Assembly: GCA_051362555.1 (NCBI GenBank)
Contig: CM120647.1
Location: forward strand, 8,742,001 to 8,806,000
Length of the DNA stretch: 64,000 bases
Direction of reading: 5' to 3'
Source: Lingula anatina
Taxonomy: Eukaryota; Animalia; Brachiopoda
Shown: positions 51,060 to 64,000 of the stretch, one piece after another
How positions within the stretch are numbered: the stretch's first letter is position 1
Layout of the letters: every line of letters begins with the position of its first letter
Made by a program: the position numbers and the translations under genes
The notes under the pieces: model-generated
The model's database searches: none
What the model saw: the letters and a program-made list of their open reading frames with translations, nothing else
What the model was told of the DNA's origin: nothing

Positions 51060-51341
51060 GGGGGGTGGGTGGGTGGGCAGACTAGGGTGGGTGGGTGGGT
51101 GGATGGGCAGACTAGGGTGGGTGGGTGGATGGGTGGGCAGACAAGGGTGGTGGGTGGGTGGGTGGGCAGACTAGGGTGGTGGGTGGGTGGATGGGTGGGC
51201 AGACTAGGGTGGTGGGTGGGTGGGTGGGTGGGCAGACTAGGGTGGTGGGTGGATGGGCAGACTAGGGTGGGTGGGCAGACGGGTGGTGGGTGGGTGGGTG
51301 GGTGGATGGGTGGGCAGACTAGGGTGGTGGGTGGGTGGGTA
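51060..51341. repeat. G-rich minisatellite (GGGT)n-GGGCAGACTA, G-quadruplex-prone
   Basis: Repeated GGGTGGGTGGGCAGACTAGGGT units. Confidence 0.85.
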
Positions 51342-51546
51342 GAGATCCGGGGAAAGGTTATGCCAAGGACGGTCACCATTAAAATGGAGCGAATGGTACG
51401 TCTCTTTCCTGACGGTATTTGACTGGCAAAAGAAAATGTTCATTGAAGCTGGTGGTAAAGATGTCCATCAATAATAACAATAATAATAAAAAACACTGAA
51501 AAGGCATCTTTTTCTAAACATCTTAAAAGATATAAAGATGCCTATC

Positions 51547-51579
<33 letters not shown>

Positions 51580-52309
51580 GCATTAAAAAGGCATATTTTT
51601 CTAAACGCCATCAAAAATATAAAGAAATATAAATATATAAATATTAAGCTCCCCATGAAGTAACATCCAGGTTACCTAACAGATACTCCACTGTAAATAA
51701 ATTATTATAATTAATATCAATCAATAAATAATTAATGAATACATCAAGTGATTGCAGAGAGTGCAACTGCTGTCTAAAGGGAGGGGGGAGAGAAGATATG
51801 CCAAAGGAAAAATAATAATTAATTAAGAACAAGGAGTCATCTCAAGCTTCAGTGTTCTGGCTCTCTATAATATTCATAGTTCATAGTTCTGAAAAAGGCT
51901 TGGTCTTTACTGACCAAAACATATGTATACCCTTTTAATAAAAGTGAAATAAAATTATCCTATTACAATAAGACATAATCTATATAATTACATAATTATA
52001 TAATTTTAAAAAATCACAGAATTAAACTTACCTTTTAAAGTGAATTTTCCCTATCACATTTCAACTCCTAAAATAAATTGTCTCAGATCTCTGGCGACAA
52101 GGAAAAACTGTAACATTGTATCATGTTGTCGGGAGCAGCTGGAAGGAGGAAGACATGTCAGATTATGTGCCAAAGGAATCCTCATCGTGTGCAACATGGT
52201 GGCCTCATAAGATCATGACTGTGCGGACTGTGCACAGTCCAGTAGACTGCATGACTGGCAGACAGGAAGGGAGAGAGTGGAAGAGAGGTGATGTTTGTGC
52301 TGACAGGAA

Positions 52310-52467
52310 GAGAGAGAGATCGAGAGAAAGGGAGAGACTGGCAGACGAGCTGAAAGACATTTTTGTGACTAGACAGGAGAAAGAGAGAGAGAGAGAGAGA
52401 GAATGAGAGGGAGGGAAAGAGGGAGAGGGAGAGAGGAAGGAAAGCATAGAAGTAGATGGACAGATAT

Positions 52468-52507
<40 letters not shown>

Positions 52508-52575
52508 GAAAAGCAAGAGAGAAAGAGAGAGAGAGAGAAAGAGGAAAAGCAAGAGAGAGAGAGAGAGAGAGAGAT
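52310..52575. repeat. GA-rich low-complexity tract
   Basis: Direct observation. It gives rise to several spurious ORFs. Confidence 0.85.
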
Positions 52576-52808
52576 GAGCTAGGAAAGCAAGCAGACAGAC
52601 ACACAAGCTGCGATGTTGTCAAAGAGACATGTACACAGTTGAACAAGCTGACAAATAGGCTGACACTTATTTTTTAAAAATGACAAATAGACCATTTAAT
52701 TATTTCTGTTCCACTTTTTCTTACAAAGTGTATAAAAAAACATATATCAATGTGAAAGAAACAATGATAAAGACAGATGTATAGGGAAATATAAATAAAA
52801 CAACTTAC

Positions 52809-52886
52809 CTTTTCTATAACTTTGTGCCTTTACTCTCGTAGGGAACTTTTGTGCAACTTGGGAATTTCACCAATTTTTTCAGACAG
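52809..52886 (-). other. Candidate non-coding 5' UTR exon of the myosin gene
   Basis: GTTTTAG acceptor and strong AAG/GTAAGT donor, with stops in all three frames. Similar candidates lie at 52067-52032 and 58249-58203. Confidence 0.4.
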
Positions 52887-55800
52887 CTAAAACAATAAAA
52901 CAAATACATTCAAGACTGTGGACCAGGTGTGTTTTTGTCTTTTGTATAATGATGATAAAAAAGATGAATCATTTCTGAAGACAGACGGTCATGTGACTAA
53001 CAAGTCACATGATCATTAAGGCTCTTTTATGTTACAAGTCAGAATTGTTATGCTGCATAGGTAAAAGTTTAGTCTCTTCGGAAAACTATATACCTTTTTA
53101 AAAAATATTTAAATACAAAATAAAACAGAACTGCAGCATACTAATAACATTCTCAAAACTTGTATTTGCTGAAATAATAAAAAGAACTGGAACAAAAAAT
53201 ATATGGCATTAGTCGTTAATAAAAGTAGCCAGCCAAGCAGGATGCCATCTGAGTATATTTGCAGCTATGATCAGGTGGGCAACTGCTGAGGTGGTGATTG
53301 GATTTCCCATATTGAAAGTTATTTGTTGTCAGAAATGATTACAATAGGACTTCTCTTGACATAATTCATAAAGAGTCGAATTCATTCAACCAGCCAATGG
53401 GAATACATTCAAACTGATCATTTGTGCCCTTTCGCAGCTGCCTCAAGAAAACTATTTCTTTGATTTTCTTCTTTCCTCTGGATCTGAGCACTGTGATAAA
53501 AAAATAGTTCTGATGTACAAACACAAGCAATCATCATAAAACTATTTTTAATTGGCACAATTTCTATTCAAGGTAATAACCTTCTCAGTCACTGCCATAA
53601 ATGCTCTCTTCTGCCAATATCTCTCATTAAAAAACAATTTCACTGACACATTTTCTATTCTAGGCAACTGACATTCAATCACTCTGAGAACAGGCCAGCT
53701 GGTACAATATAATATGGCAGCTCCAGGGGGTCAGTTTTACAAAATAAAAAGGACATCAGTACTTATTAATTAAATTGGACTAAACTTAATTGTAAGAGCA
53801 AAAATTTTAGTCTGTTTGAAGAAAGTTAGATCAGCAATATTATAAGTCCACTGATAATATGAAGCAATATAGGTGTCTTATTTTTAAATTAATGGAATAC
53901 TATGAATTTATCCTGAATTGAAGTAGACCAAAATTTTCAGCCATAAACTTAAAAAATAAACGACGACCCCCAGGGCATGTACCATTAAGGTACCCCCTTA
54001 ATTCTCCCTCCCAGCTCTAGGGGGAATTCTACAAAAGGACTAAACTTTAAAACCAAACATTTTAGTCTGTTTTTAACAAGTCAACAAATCAGCAATTATC
54101 AGTCCACTGATAATATGAAACATTATAAAATAGGTAATGTTTTAGAACTATTATTATAGTTATCTTATTTCATCAATTACCCCTAGCAGCTTCAGTAGGC
54201 ATGCCAGACATTTAAGCCGCTTACAGTGAATGCAATTTAGTAAGAATCCCCACAGAGTTAGATCAATTCAGCTAATACAATGAGTTTATGGGAAGGCTCC
54301 CTAAAGTCTCAAATAATTAATGCCCGTCCTCAGTATGTTGGTGCCTGTATGCTGTAACATGATAAACACAGACAATAAAAATAGCAATGAAAAGTGACTA
54401 TGCAATCCACTAGTGACTCATATAATATATATAATTGAATTACAATTGTATGCATTCACCACAATGACTATACAGTCTGACATTTACTTCCATCTCTTCA
54501 TATAACATTATACCATGATACCTAGCTGCCTGGGTTGCAAATTTTGTGCATTAAATCTATGCTAACTCTCTACATTTTTGTTTTGTCATTTTCTTTTAAT
54601 CTCAATTCAACAAATTGTTACAAAGGTTCATGATGATGTATTTCCTTCTTTTTTTAAGAAAATGACAAAGTAACTATAACAGAGATTTTGAGAAATACAT
54701 GAACAGACCAGGCCAGCAGCTAACTCCATACATTTCACTGGTACACAAATTCTACATATTTAGTACAGAATCCCATTGTTTCCTGCAGTTACAGTGTATA
54801 TATTCTATGGTAAATAAGACACCATAAGACAATGGATCTACGCATTTCTAAGTACCGTCACACTCATGGCAACTCTGTATGTAACGTATACTTATCAAGA
54901 TGTCATCATCACCTGAATTCTAGTCTCCATTTCACTGATCTCCCCGATACCTCCATGAGAAAAAGAACATCATAATATCACCATACAGGCGCTTCCCAGG
55001 TATAATACACGTACATCCCAACTTCACCATGATACAGCCATACTCGTACAGACTAGAATTGGCCAATACAGTCCAGAGGAAGGACTTTTAATTAACAGCA
55101 GGATGTATGATTGCTACTTGGGAAATTGAATCAATTTTTCATGTGCTAATCAGTGGGAGGTCATTACAGGATTGTACTTATGCAGAAACCATGAAAAATG
55201 AATATCTACGGAGCCCTCCAAGAATGCAGATTCCGCCAAAGAAAAAATTGCAAAAAAAAAATTCTTGATATAAAATATTACAATGCCTAGATTCAGTTGA
55301 CAGCTGTCCATCTTGAAAATTTCATCAAGATTTTTGAAGGATTTTTCATTTCTTTTGACAAACAGAGGAAAAGGCACACAAACAATGAAAGCACATCGAG
55401 TTAGAAGTTAGAAGATCAAGGAAATACACTCTCTTATGTACGTCTCACAACAGAACATTACACCAATTAAAAATAATCCCTTGTCATGATTTTAAATTAA
55501 TTTTTATATTAAATGACTGAGATTATGTATAATAATTCTTTTTATCTTTGATTTTCTGGACTTAGTCTTATAACCAGACACCGAAGATGGCAAATATTCA
55601 GTCACTACAAAAAAATTCATATGGTTCCATTTTCATGTATACAGGCAAAAAAATTACAACAAAAATTTTAAGACCTATGACACTCAGTCTGAATCATAAA
55701 GACTAACCTTCCGGTCACCGATGGATGACCTTCCAGACTTACTGAGCAATGACATAACCGGAATGGAAGATTTGACAAAGCCAACTCATAACCATTGTCA

Positions 55801-58409
55801 CTATATAGTATTGAATTATTATTCACAGTGGTGACTCACCTTCAGATCCTGATAGTGAGGGGGGGGGAATTAAAAGGATCTACTAGCAGATTCTGGATAT
55901 TGAGAAGGATCAAAATAAAAGATAATTTTTGTCAGATGTCATTTTGCAGAAAATAAAATAAGTATACCATTCTTTGTGACTTGTTAAATATGTATCTTAA
56001 AACTTATGTGAATTTGGGTAATCAATAAATAGATTGGACAGTAATTATCTGGCTGAACTGATACAAATGTGAAAGTTCTGTTGATGAATATCTTTTCTTC
56101 TCCCTTTCAGACTCTGTAATCTTATTTATAATAAGTGTAACTGGAAGACATCTTCCACACTGTCAGATATTTCCAGATGCAGACAATTTATAGGCAATAA
56201 TGCAATCCGGGCCACTTCCCATAAGATACATTATATCTAATTAGAAACATAACACCACACATTCTGCCTAATATGTGCCTATTGAATGCAATACATTATG
56301 CAGAACATAAAAGTAATTTACAGTATTTTGTCTGGCAAAAATAAATAAATTAATAAATAAATAACTGACATAAAGAGGGTAGTTTAAGATTCGAGCCTTT
56401 AAGTGCCCTGAGATGTGTATATATTAAAAATGTCTGTCCTCTGACTAAATGTCCCACAGTGATAAATGTCCTACCTTTGCAAAAATGACAGCTGTATTTG
56501 TTATCCTTATTTCCTGTCAAAACTGGTACAAATTCACAATTTTTATATGTCAACTTTACCTGAAAACCCTACCTTTACAAAAATGACAGCTGAATTTGTT
56601 TTCCTTATTTCTCCTCATAACTGGTACAAAGTCAAAACTTATATGTGTCACAATCAACTTCATTAACCAAGAGCGACAGATACTTAAATAACGATATCTT
56701 ACCTCGACTTCTAATTGTCACAATCAAGTCCTCAACCAAGAATGACACAAACAAATAATATCATCTTACTTCAAAGAAATAGTATGAAGACAGCCACGAC
56801 TTCCAAATGTCACAATCGAGTCCTCAACCAAAAATGACACATACAAATAATAATATCTTACTTCAAAGAAATAGCATAAAGACAAGAAGACGTCAAAGGT
56901 TTATTGTGTCAAATAATAACTCACTCCTTCACCAAGGAGACACAGTCAGCCTAGAACTCCATTCTATCCACAGGAATGTCCATTATGACTTCATCATGAC
57001 CAAATAAGACGGTTTAAGTGGGGAAGACAAAAAATGAAGCGCACGTCTCTCAGAGGCCACTTTGTCCTGAGGTCATGCTATAGGACACTTTTGATTTATT
57101 TGACCACGAGAGGGATGGACCCAAGTCTGAATAAAAATAACAGCTGGTATGGTAATCAATGATGAGACTTTTCCGACTTTTGTCGGAATTTCGACTTTTT
57201 AAGGGTCATTTGGGTCATTCTTGTGAATCCTGTACCCTGGACCCTTGGCCAATTTTCCTCCTTTTTCAATGAGGACTGGTCTCATCCCTGGGTAATGGTG
57301 CTCTCATTTCAACTAGGAAAGATTAACAATTCTTTAGGAACATAATTTTGCAAAAAAATGTTGGTGCTATTCTGAGAGCTTTCAAAGAGAGACATGCAAC
57401 TAGTGTTTCTTTTTCTTTCTTTTTCATGACATATTGAGAGATTTAAAAAATTGAAAGATGTGTTACTCAAAAAACAAAATGCCACCTTGTCATATTCAGA
57501 GACAATTAAAGTAAAAAAATTAGAGAGGGGTAAAAAATGAATCCCACTTGAACAGAGATACATACAAAAGAGGTGCTTGTGCAGAAATCTAAATTACGAC
57601 AAATCACACTCTCAATGGACATTTAACCAAATATACCTGGCAATCTGCGCTGGTTATGCTTGACCACATGAAAGAGAGTCAGACTGACCTGTGGATACAG
57701 ACTGACCACAACTAGCACTGAGTACCAAGTTACCACACCTGATGATGGGAGGCACGCAATATATATCACAGATATATGTAAAACTGAAATGGGACAGACT
57801 GGCAGGTTTCAGATAAGGGGATAAAACATTTGTGATTTGCTGATAGCAATGAGATCATATTATGAGATTTGGAGATACTCAGGACAAAAAAAACTAATAT
57901 TATATATGGTTGAAATCTCAGTTGGGGTGGCCAGGCATTTGCTTTCTAAGTTTTTTTTATCTCTGTTTTCCCTATCCTTCATCCCCCCCTACTCTCCTCT
58001 GTCCCCCTACCCTATTTATCCCTTCCCCAGCTGTCCTCTCTCTCTCTCTCTCTCTAAAGATTTCTCTTGTTCTCTCTCTCTTATTCTCTCTCTTTTAAAT
58101 TTCTCTCGAAACAAATCCAGCCAATAAAAATTCACAATATGATCACAATTGTCAGCATTTCCTTAAGTTTGCATGTACAATGAAAAGAAAAAGATGACTC
58201 ACCCTTAAGATCTGGTACAATTAGGCATGCAGATATAAATTCAACTTGACTGCAATATACACATTACAAATCAAAAGCATCTATAACCACCTATGTGGCA
58301 GCAAATTGCATCACAGAAAATAAACTAGAACTTTCTTAATATACTTGTAGCCTACAAAGACACCAAAAACATGTATCAGTTTATGAAATTACACCACCGT
58401 GAAGATATA

Positions 58410-58632
58410 GGCCCCATTTCCATAGATTTTAGATCGATCTATCCCTGTGGGGAGTCTCACTAGATTATTGTCAGCTTAGCAGGTTTAAATGTCTGCCCCG
58501 CCTACTAAAAGCTGTAAGGGGGTAATTAACTATGGTGCGCTAGACTGACTGCAATTTAGCATGAACCCCCAGGGAGTTAGGTCGATCTAAATCTAAATCT
58601 CTGGATCGATCTAAAACTCTGGGAATGCACCC
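58410..58632 (-). mobile_element. Harbinger-like MITE, family A copy 3 (inverted)
   Basis: Reverse complement of 6009-6233 with high similarity, flanked by ATA/ATA. Confidence 0.85.
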
Positions 58633-58679
58633 ATAGATAGATATATCTTATTAACATTGATATACCAGACTGCAAAGTC

Positions 58680-58903
58680 AAGTGTCTCAGAGACAAAAAC
58701 AGCTTACTGTCCTCAATTAACTTGTAATTCACATATAAGTTTTTCAGAGACAAAGCAGCTTACTGTTTCAATTAACTTGTAATTCATACACAAGTGTCTC
58801 AGAGACGAAAGCAGCTTACTGCCCTCAATTAACTTGTAATTCACATATAATTTTCTCAGAGACAAAACAGCTTACTGTCCTCAATTAACTCGTAATTCAT
58901 ACA
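58680..58903. repeat. Tandem repeat, ~56-bp unit x4
   Basis: CAGAGACAAAACAGCTTACTGTCCTCAATTAACTTGTAATTCA repeated at about 58688, 58745, 58800 and 58856. Confidence 0.85.
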
Positions 58904-61900
58904 AAGTCAGACCACTGAACTTATAAAATGACATCAGTTTTAAAAAAAACACCACTGTGTGCATTATGAATAAAATAAAATAAAAAACAAAAATATAATA
59001 TCACAAAGTTAAAACACAAACTATAATCAAATATCACCTACCATGACATTTGACAGCAACTCAAATCACTAAGAATAAAATGTCTGTTGATAAAGTTGGA
59101 TTGAATAAAGATATAAGTTTGTTAAAAAAACACCGCAGCATGTGTATAAAAACAAACATCACTTACATTTAACAGCAACAGCATTTGACAGTGACTGCAG
59201 TGCCTAAGAATAAAACACTTTCTTCAATAAACTTATAGTATACAATTGACATTAATTTATAAAATAATACCACTGTATGGGAACCAAACACAAATTTCAC
59301 TCACAATGACATCTGACAGCAATCAACACAGTACCTAAAAATAAACCACTTTCCTTCAATAAACTTGGTCATATACAATGACATTAGTGTAGAAACTCGC
59401 GTTGTGCACCCACTGCGTGTGTGTTTACAAAGATTCTTTGGTCCTTAATGACACAGAAAGTGACAAAGTTGACAGACCACGTCGCATCTGTGACCACATC
59501 TTCCTGTCACGGGGACAAAAATGGCGTGTTTACACACACAAAGTATAGTCAAAGGACTTTTGGTCAATCTATCTCACAATCTGTGGTGCTCATACGTTTA
59601 TATATTGATTTATATTTATGCTTATACATTTATTTATTTATTTATATTTACATATTATTTTTGGGAGAAATTTTTTGATAGAATGTTATTATGATTAAAA
59701 AGAAAGAAGATGAATATATTATTTTTCTTATCGATTTTTGATATATTGTGAAAAAAAATTAACGGTTTAGTGATGTCTTCTATGAAATAAATTTTCAAAA
59801 TAAAATTACATGATTGAAAACTATCATTAACTGACTGTAACCAAAAAACTAAACCTGATATAAATCAATAAGATGGGTTTCAAAAGGACACTAGAAACCA
59901 GACATCTCTATTTTCCTGCCAAATTGAATTTTCCTTGAAATAAATTAATTTTCACCTATATATGAACCATTGCTGGACATGTCCCTGCAATTTGATTTTT
60001 CAAATTTTTGCCATTTCAATATTGATAATTGATTTAGTTCGAAATGTTTCTCATGATGTTAATAGACCACCTTGTCTTTTTGTACTGTTCGGAAGGAAAT
60101 ATGAAGATCATCCACTTTTATTTGAGGGGTTTCATCGATTTTAAGGTCTGAACTGAGAAAGATAAGCAGCTTTACAGGATATGTGAACATAGATAATATC
60201 ACTTAAGGACATTTTCACAGGCATATCATATACCTTCAACATTTTTTATATTAAATAATACTAAATTGGGTACAAGTATATGCAGCTATATGTAGTAAAT
60301 CTCATGTTCCATGTCCACAAAAAGGACTGTTTCAGTCCCACTATATTTATGTGTGTGTCAGTGTGCCCACCACACTTGCTGACAAAACCACTAAGAGACA
60401 GTACTATACTGATAAGAAAGTCCTAAATGAATAATTCAGTATGTTTCCATGCTAGCTGTTGTAAGACTTGAGGTGTGATAATGAACTTAGTGTGCTGTGT
60501 GAATGCATTTATAGACTCTGCATTTATGTGTCAATTCACATCAGGAGTAAATTAGACAAGAAATAGATCAATTGACATTACCTGGCTGTGTTTACATCAG
60601 GAATAACTAAGACCAGAAGTAGACTTATTGGCATCACCTTGGTGTGTTCACACTTAGTAAAACAGATCCTAAAAATAAATAATATTACCTGTTTCATTTC
60701 CCTTCTCTTTAATGAGAAAAAGAAACTTATAATCATAGGGTTGATAATAATGGGAAGGACAAACCTACAACTCTTTTAACAATGGAACATAAGGAAATGG
60801 TGCATTGCTATTGCTTCCGGGGCAGACAGAGACTGTCTTCTGGAATAACATCAGAATTTTTCAAGTTCACATTGATGGGCATCTAATTTTTCTGTCGGAA
60901 AACAGTCGAAAATTGAGGATGGGTCAACAAAGATAATTTGGAAGACTGTCAAAAAAAATATCTCTGGACCACCCATCCCCCCCCCCCAGTGCTTTACCCT
61001 GTAAATGTTGTCATACTAACAATAACAAAATTCTTGACATCACCAGTATATTGTTACATTATCAGTGATACTGGGTGTGGATAATGAGATAATAATAATA
61101 ATAGCATCATTCACTATAGTACCATCTGTTATATAACCCTTTGCTAATAATGTAATTAGCTCCATTTATGTTAATCATTCCATTGCTTGGCTTTAAAAAT
61201 GCAATCATTTATTTTGAATTTTCAACATTTATGATTTTACAATTTCCGTTGTAAACAAACACATGCAAGCACACACCCATGCACACATGTTAATGCTAGC
61301 TTACGTACACATACATTCGAGAAATAAATAACTATAAAGACTAGAATCTCACACAAATTCAAATATCAACAAAATACTTCTGAATCACCTGCTTGTTGTC
61401 TACATAGCAAAAAAATGTTTCATCAGGAAATAGAATTGATCAATTTCGTGATAAATTACCCTAAGATCCAGGTGACAGGCCCGTTAATTGGCGTGCACAA
61501 GAGAGTGCAATTAAGTGGTAATAGCGAATAATTGTGTGACACTGGAATTACTGACATGTACATGATGACTTCAGAAGTCTACTGGTGTTTCTTCATATTT
61601 TCAAAACTTGATTTTTATTACTTTTTCAAATATCAAAATAGAAAACGGGGTTCATCTTGGACAATTATTTTTTGCATTACTCAACACGAGCCTGAGCAGT
61701 TTATACAGCACTAAATAACCTGTTTTAAACGTATCTATCTGAAAAAAAAACTACATTAGAAAATTTTCTGTGTTAATACCTATAATTTTCAAATCTGGGA
61801 GGAATAATGGGGAACCTTCAAGCCAGGGGTTCAAATTATAAACATTAAACAGCCTGACTCATGGGTAATGCATTTTTTTTAATCAGTAAAATCCAATTTC

Positions 61901-64000
61901 ACATCCAGGGTTGTCTCTTCTGGGTGGTTGTATTCACACTTCCACAAATCATGGTATTTTGGTACAACTTCAATGGAAATGCCACTTCAAAGTCTTGTGT
62001 CGATGTAGGGTTCATGTTAGGTTTGGTGTGAACGTGGTCTTACCAGGGATGGCCCCTTTTTTTCCTCTGATACAGAGATAGCCAGTCTCACACTATTTTA
62101 TGGTAATCACTCCCCAATTGTGAACACTTTATTTTGATTAATATAATAACTATTATATAAATATAACTTTTTTTTTAAATTAATCCTTGCTAACTTTTAT
62201 AAAAGCAAACTTTCAGACAACAAGCTTAATCACTTTTCACAACTTCTCATTCCCTGTTTTTATTGTAGTATCATCAACAAAAAATAATTTTGCAAAATAT
62301 CAGTAATCACTTTCTTTAAATAAGGCAAATAATTCAATAAATATAGATAAATAAATATAGATAAATAAATAAAAGAATAAATGAGGCAGACAATCTGCAC
62401 CAAATGAACTATAAAACAACAATCCAGCACAGTGCTGTAGCACAACATGAGTTTCGGTGATTGCCACTTCATATTCACATTTAATACATAATATCTACAA
62501 GTATTACACACTGTCTCAAGAAGGTCTAGACAGTTCTCAAGATGGATGGCCTGTCTGGATGAGACAATGTCTGACTTCAGTTAACTTAAGGGGTCATTCA
62601 GCTAGCTTTTTTTCTTTAAATATATTTATGTATATTCCAAGTTTGTAATTGGACATGCAAGCAATGATACTTTTAAAAAGAAAGAAAAAAGCCTCCGACC
62701 TCAAACATAAAAGGACTTAAATAACAACTACCAATCTGCATACAGGTGTATATAAACCAAAAAATAGAAAAAATTAATAAAATATTTTGAGCAGTGGCCC
62801 CATCTAATGTTATTAGCATTAATTGCTAACAACAAGAAATAAAATCATAAAAATGAAAGAACCGAGTTCATGCTAAAGGAAACAGTAGGCCACACCCTCC
62901 ATCCTCTTTATAAAAAAACTGCTTTGCTATAGAACAAATCTTCATAATATTTCATTGGGTTTACTGAAACAAAACTATATCCAAGCCATAGTCCCCAAGC
63001 AATGAAAATTCCACATGTTAAGTACATTTCCCCCAGGCACTTTGTATGTTGATATCTGCAGGCTAACCTGGCATTTTCCTTAATATATTCTATATGTATG
63101 TAAACTTTATAAGCTTCACGTTCAATTTATCTAAAAATATTCTAACCTGGACAGAATTTTTTTTACAATGATCAACACATAGTAGACACTGAATGATCAT
63201 AAAAATTTCAAAACTTTTCGGGCTTTTTTTTTCTATTCTTGCTTGAAACTTTCTATTCTTGCTTGAAAGTCTTGCTAGACTGCTTGACTACATGTACCTT
63301 ACAAGACAAAAAAGTTTCCATACTTAAAACCATTGTTTTTAATTCTAACTAATGCACAGTCAGCAAGCCTTTTAATTAAGTCTACATATCATATCTTAAC
63401 TCAGGGTTTGGGGTACAGACATCAATACATTTTGTCCATTTTAAAAGTCTAAACTATAACAGATGACTTTGATATTACTTGGAAATATACTGCAACACTA
63501 TTTCTCAATCACAGCCATTTTCTCATTTTCATTCACACTAGATGCCTTTATAGTTTAGCTACCAGTACCCTTTCATAAAAGAATTACCTTCTCTTCCTAG
63601 ACCTCAAAATGGAAGAGTTGTTAGTCATGATGATGTCTCATGCTAGAAACCATTATCAAGTTACACACAGGCAACCCACACACTGCATGCAATGATGTTT
63701 GCAGAGATTTATGGTATTAAAAAAGTTAATGAAATTAAATTAAGGAACAAAGAAGAAGCTTGAAGGTTTTATCAGTGATGTTTTTTTTTTCAGTACCACC
63801 AATTTAAGGGATATCAACTGTTCATTTTGGCCAAAAAATGGATTTTCCAGGGGTAAAGGACATTTTCCCCAAACTTACAGATGGTAAATGAATCCATTCT
63901 GACATTCAAAGTTAGTTCCTAGTTTATTAATTTTTTTCTAAAAAGTTTTTTTCTTCTTTTTTTTTGTAATAATCTCTCAAGAGATTATTACAGAGGGTAG

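Noticed and set aside
51041-52677. ORFs rich in PTH, GGW, SL or RE (also 37794-38174, 41725-42000, 17102-17359, 12103-12300)
   Set aside because: They are translations of micro- and minisatellites.
58680-58903. CRISPR-like array (also 16711-17100 and 19758-19950)
   Set aside because: The units are contiguous with no unique spacers, there are no cas genes, and the context is eukaryotic.

Overview
This is AT-rich, intron-rich animal DNA, most likely molluscan or another lophotrochozoan. That assignment is inferred from the repeat families and the myosin type. There are two protein-coding genes, which converge. (1) On the minus strand, 30 GT-AG exons (47587 to 11728) splice in phase into one ORF of about 1445 aa. 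It encodes a kinase-less class-III-like myosin motor, one IQ motif, an E/K/R/Q-rich helix, a low-complexity linker, an Expansion/Rebuf-type atypical Smad MH2 domain and a short tail. From recall, the motor resembles the myosin head of molluscan chitin synthases, and Expansion/Rebuf are Drosophila chitin-deposition factors. The fusion is therefore a candidate motor-adaptor for chitin secretion and is the main finding. (2) On the plus strand, the last four exons (4116-7867) encode a single-pass Cys-rich/mucin-like receptor whose cytoplasmic tail carries eight YxN motifs. The rest is intronic or upstream DNA: an internally deleted Gypsy-type LTR element, a 935-bp foldback transposon with an 8-bp TSD, several MITEs, Helentron-like (HINE) elements and satellites. 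Exon models were built by hand and homologies come from memory, not from database searches.
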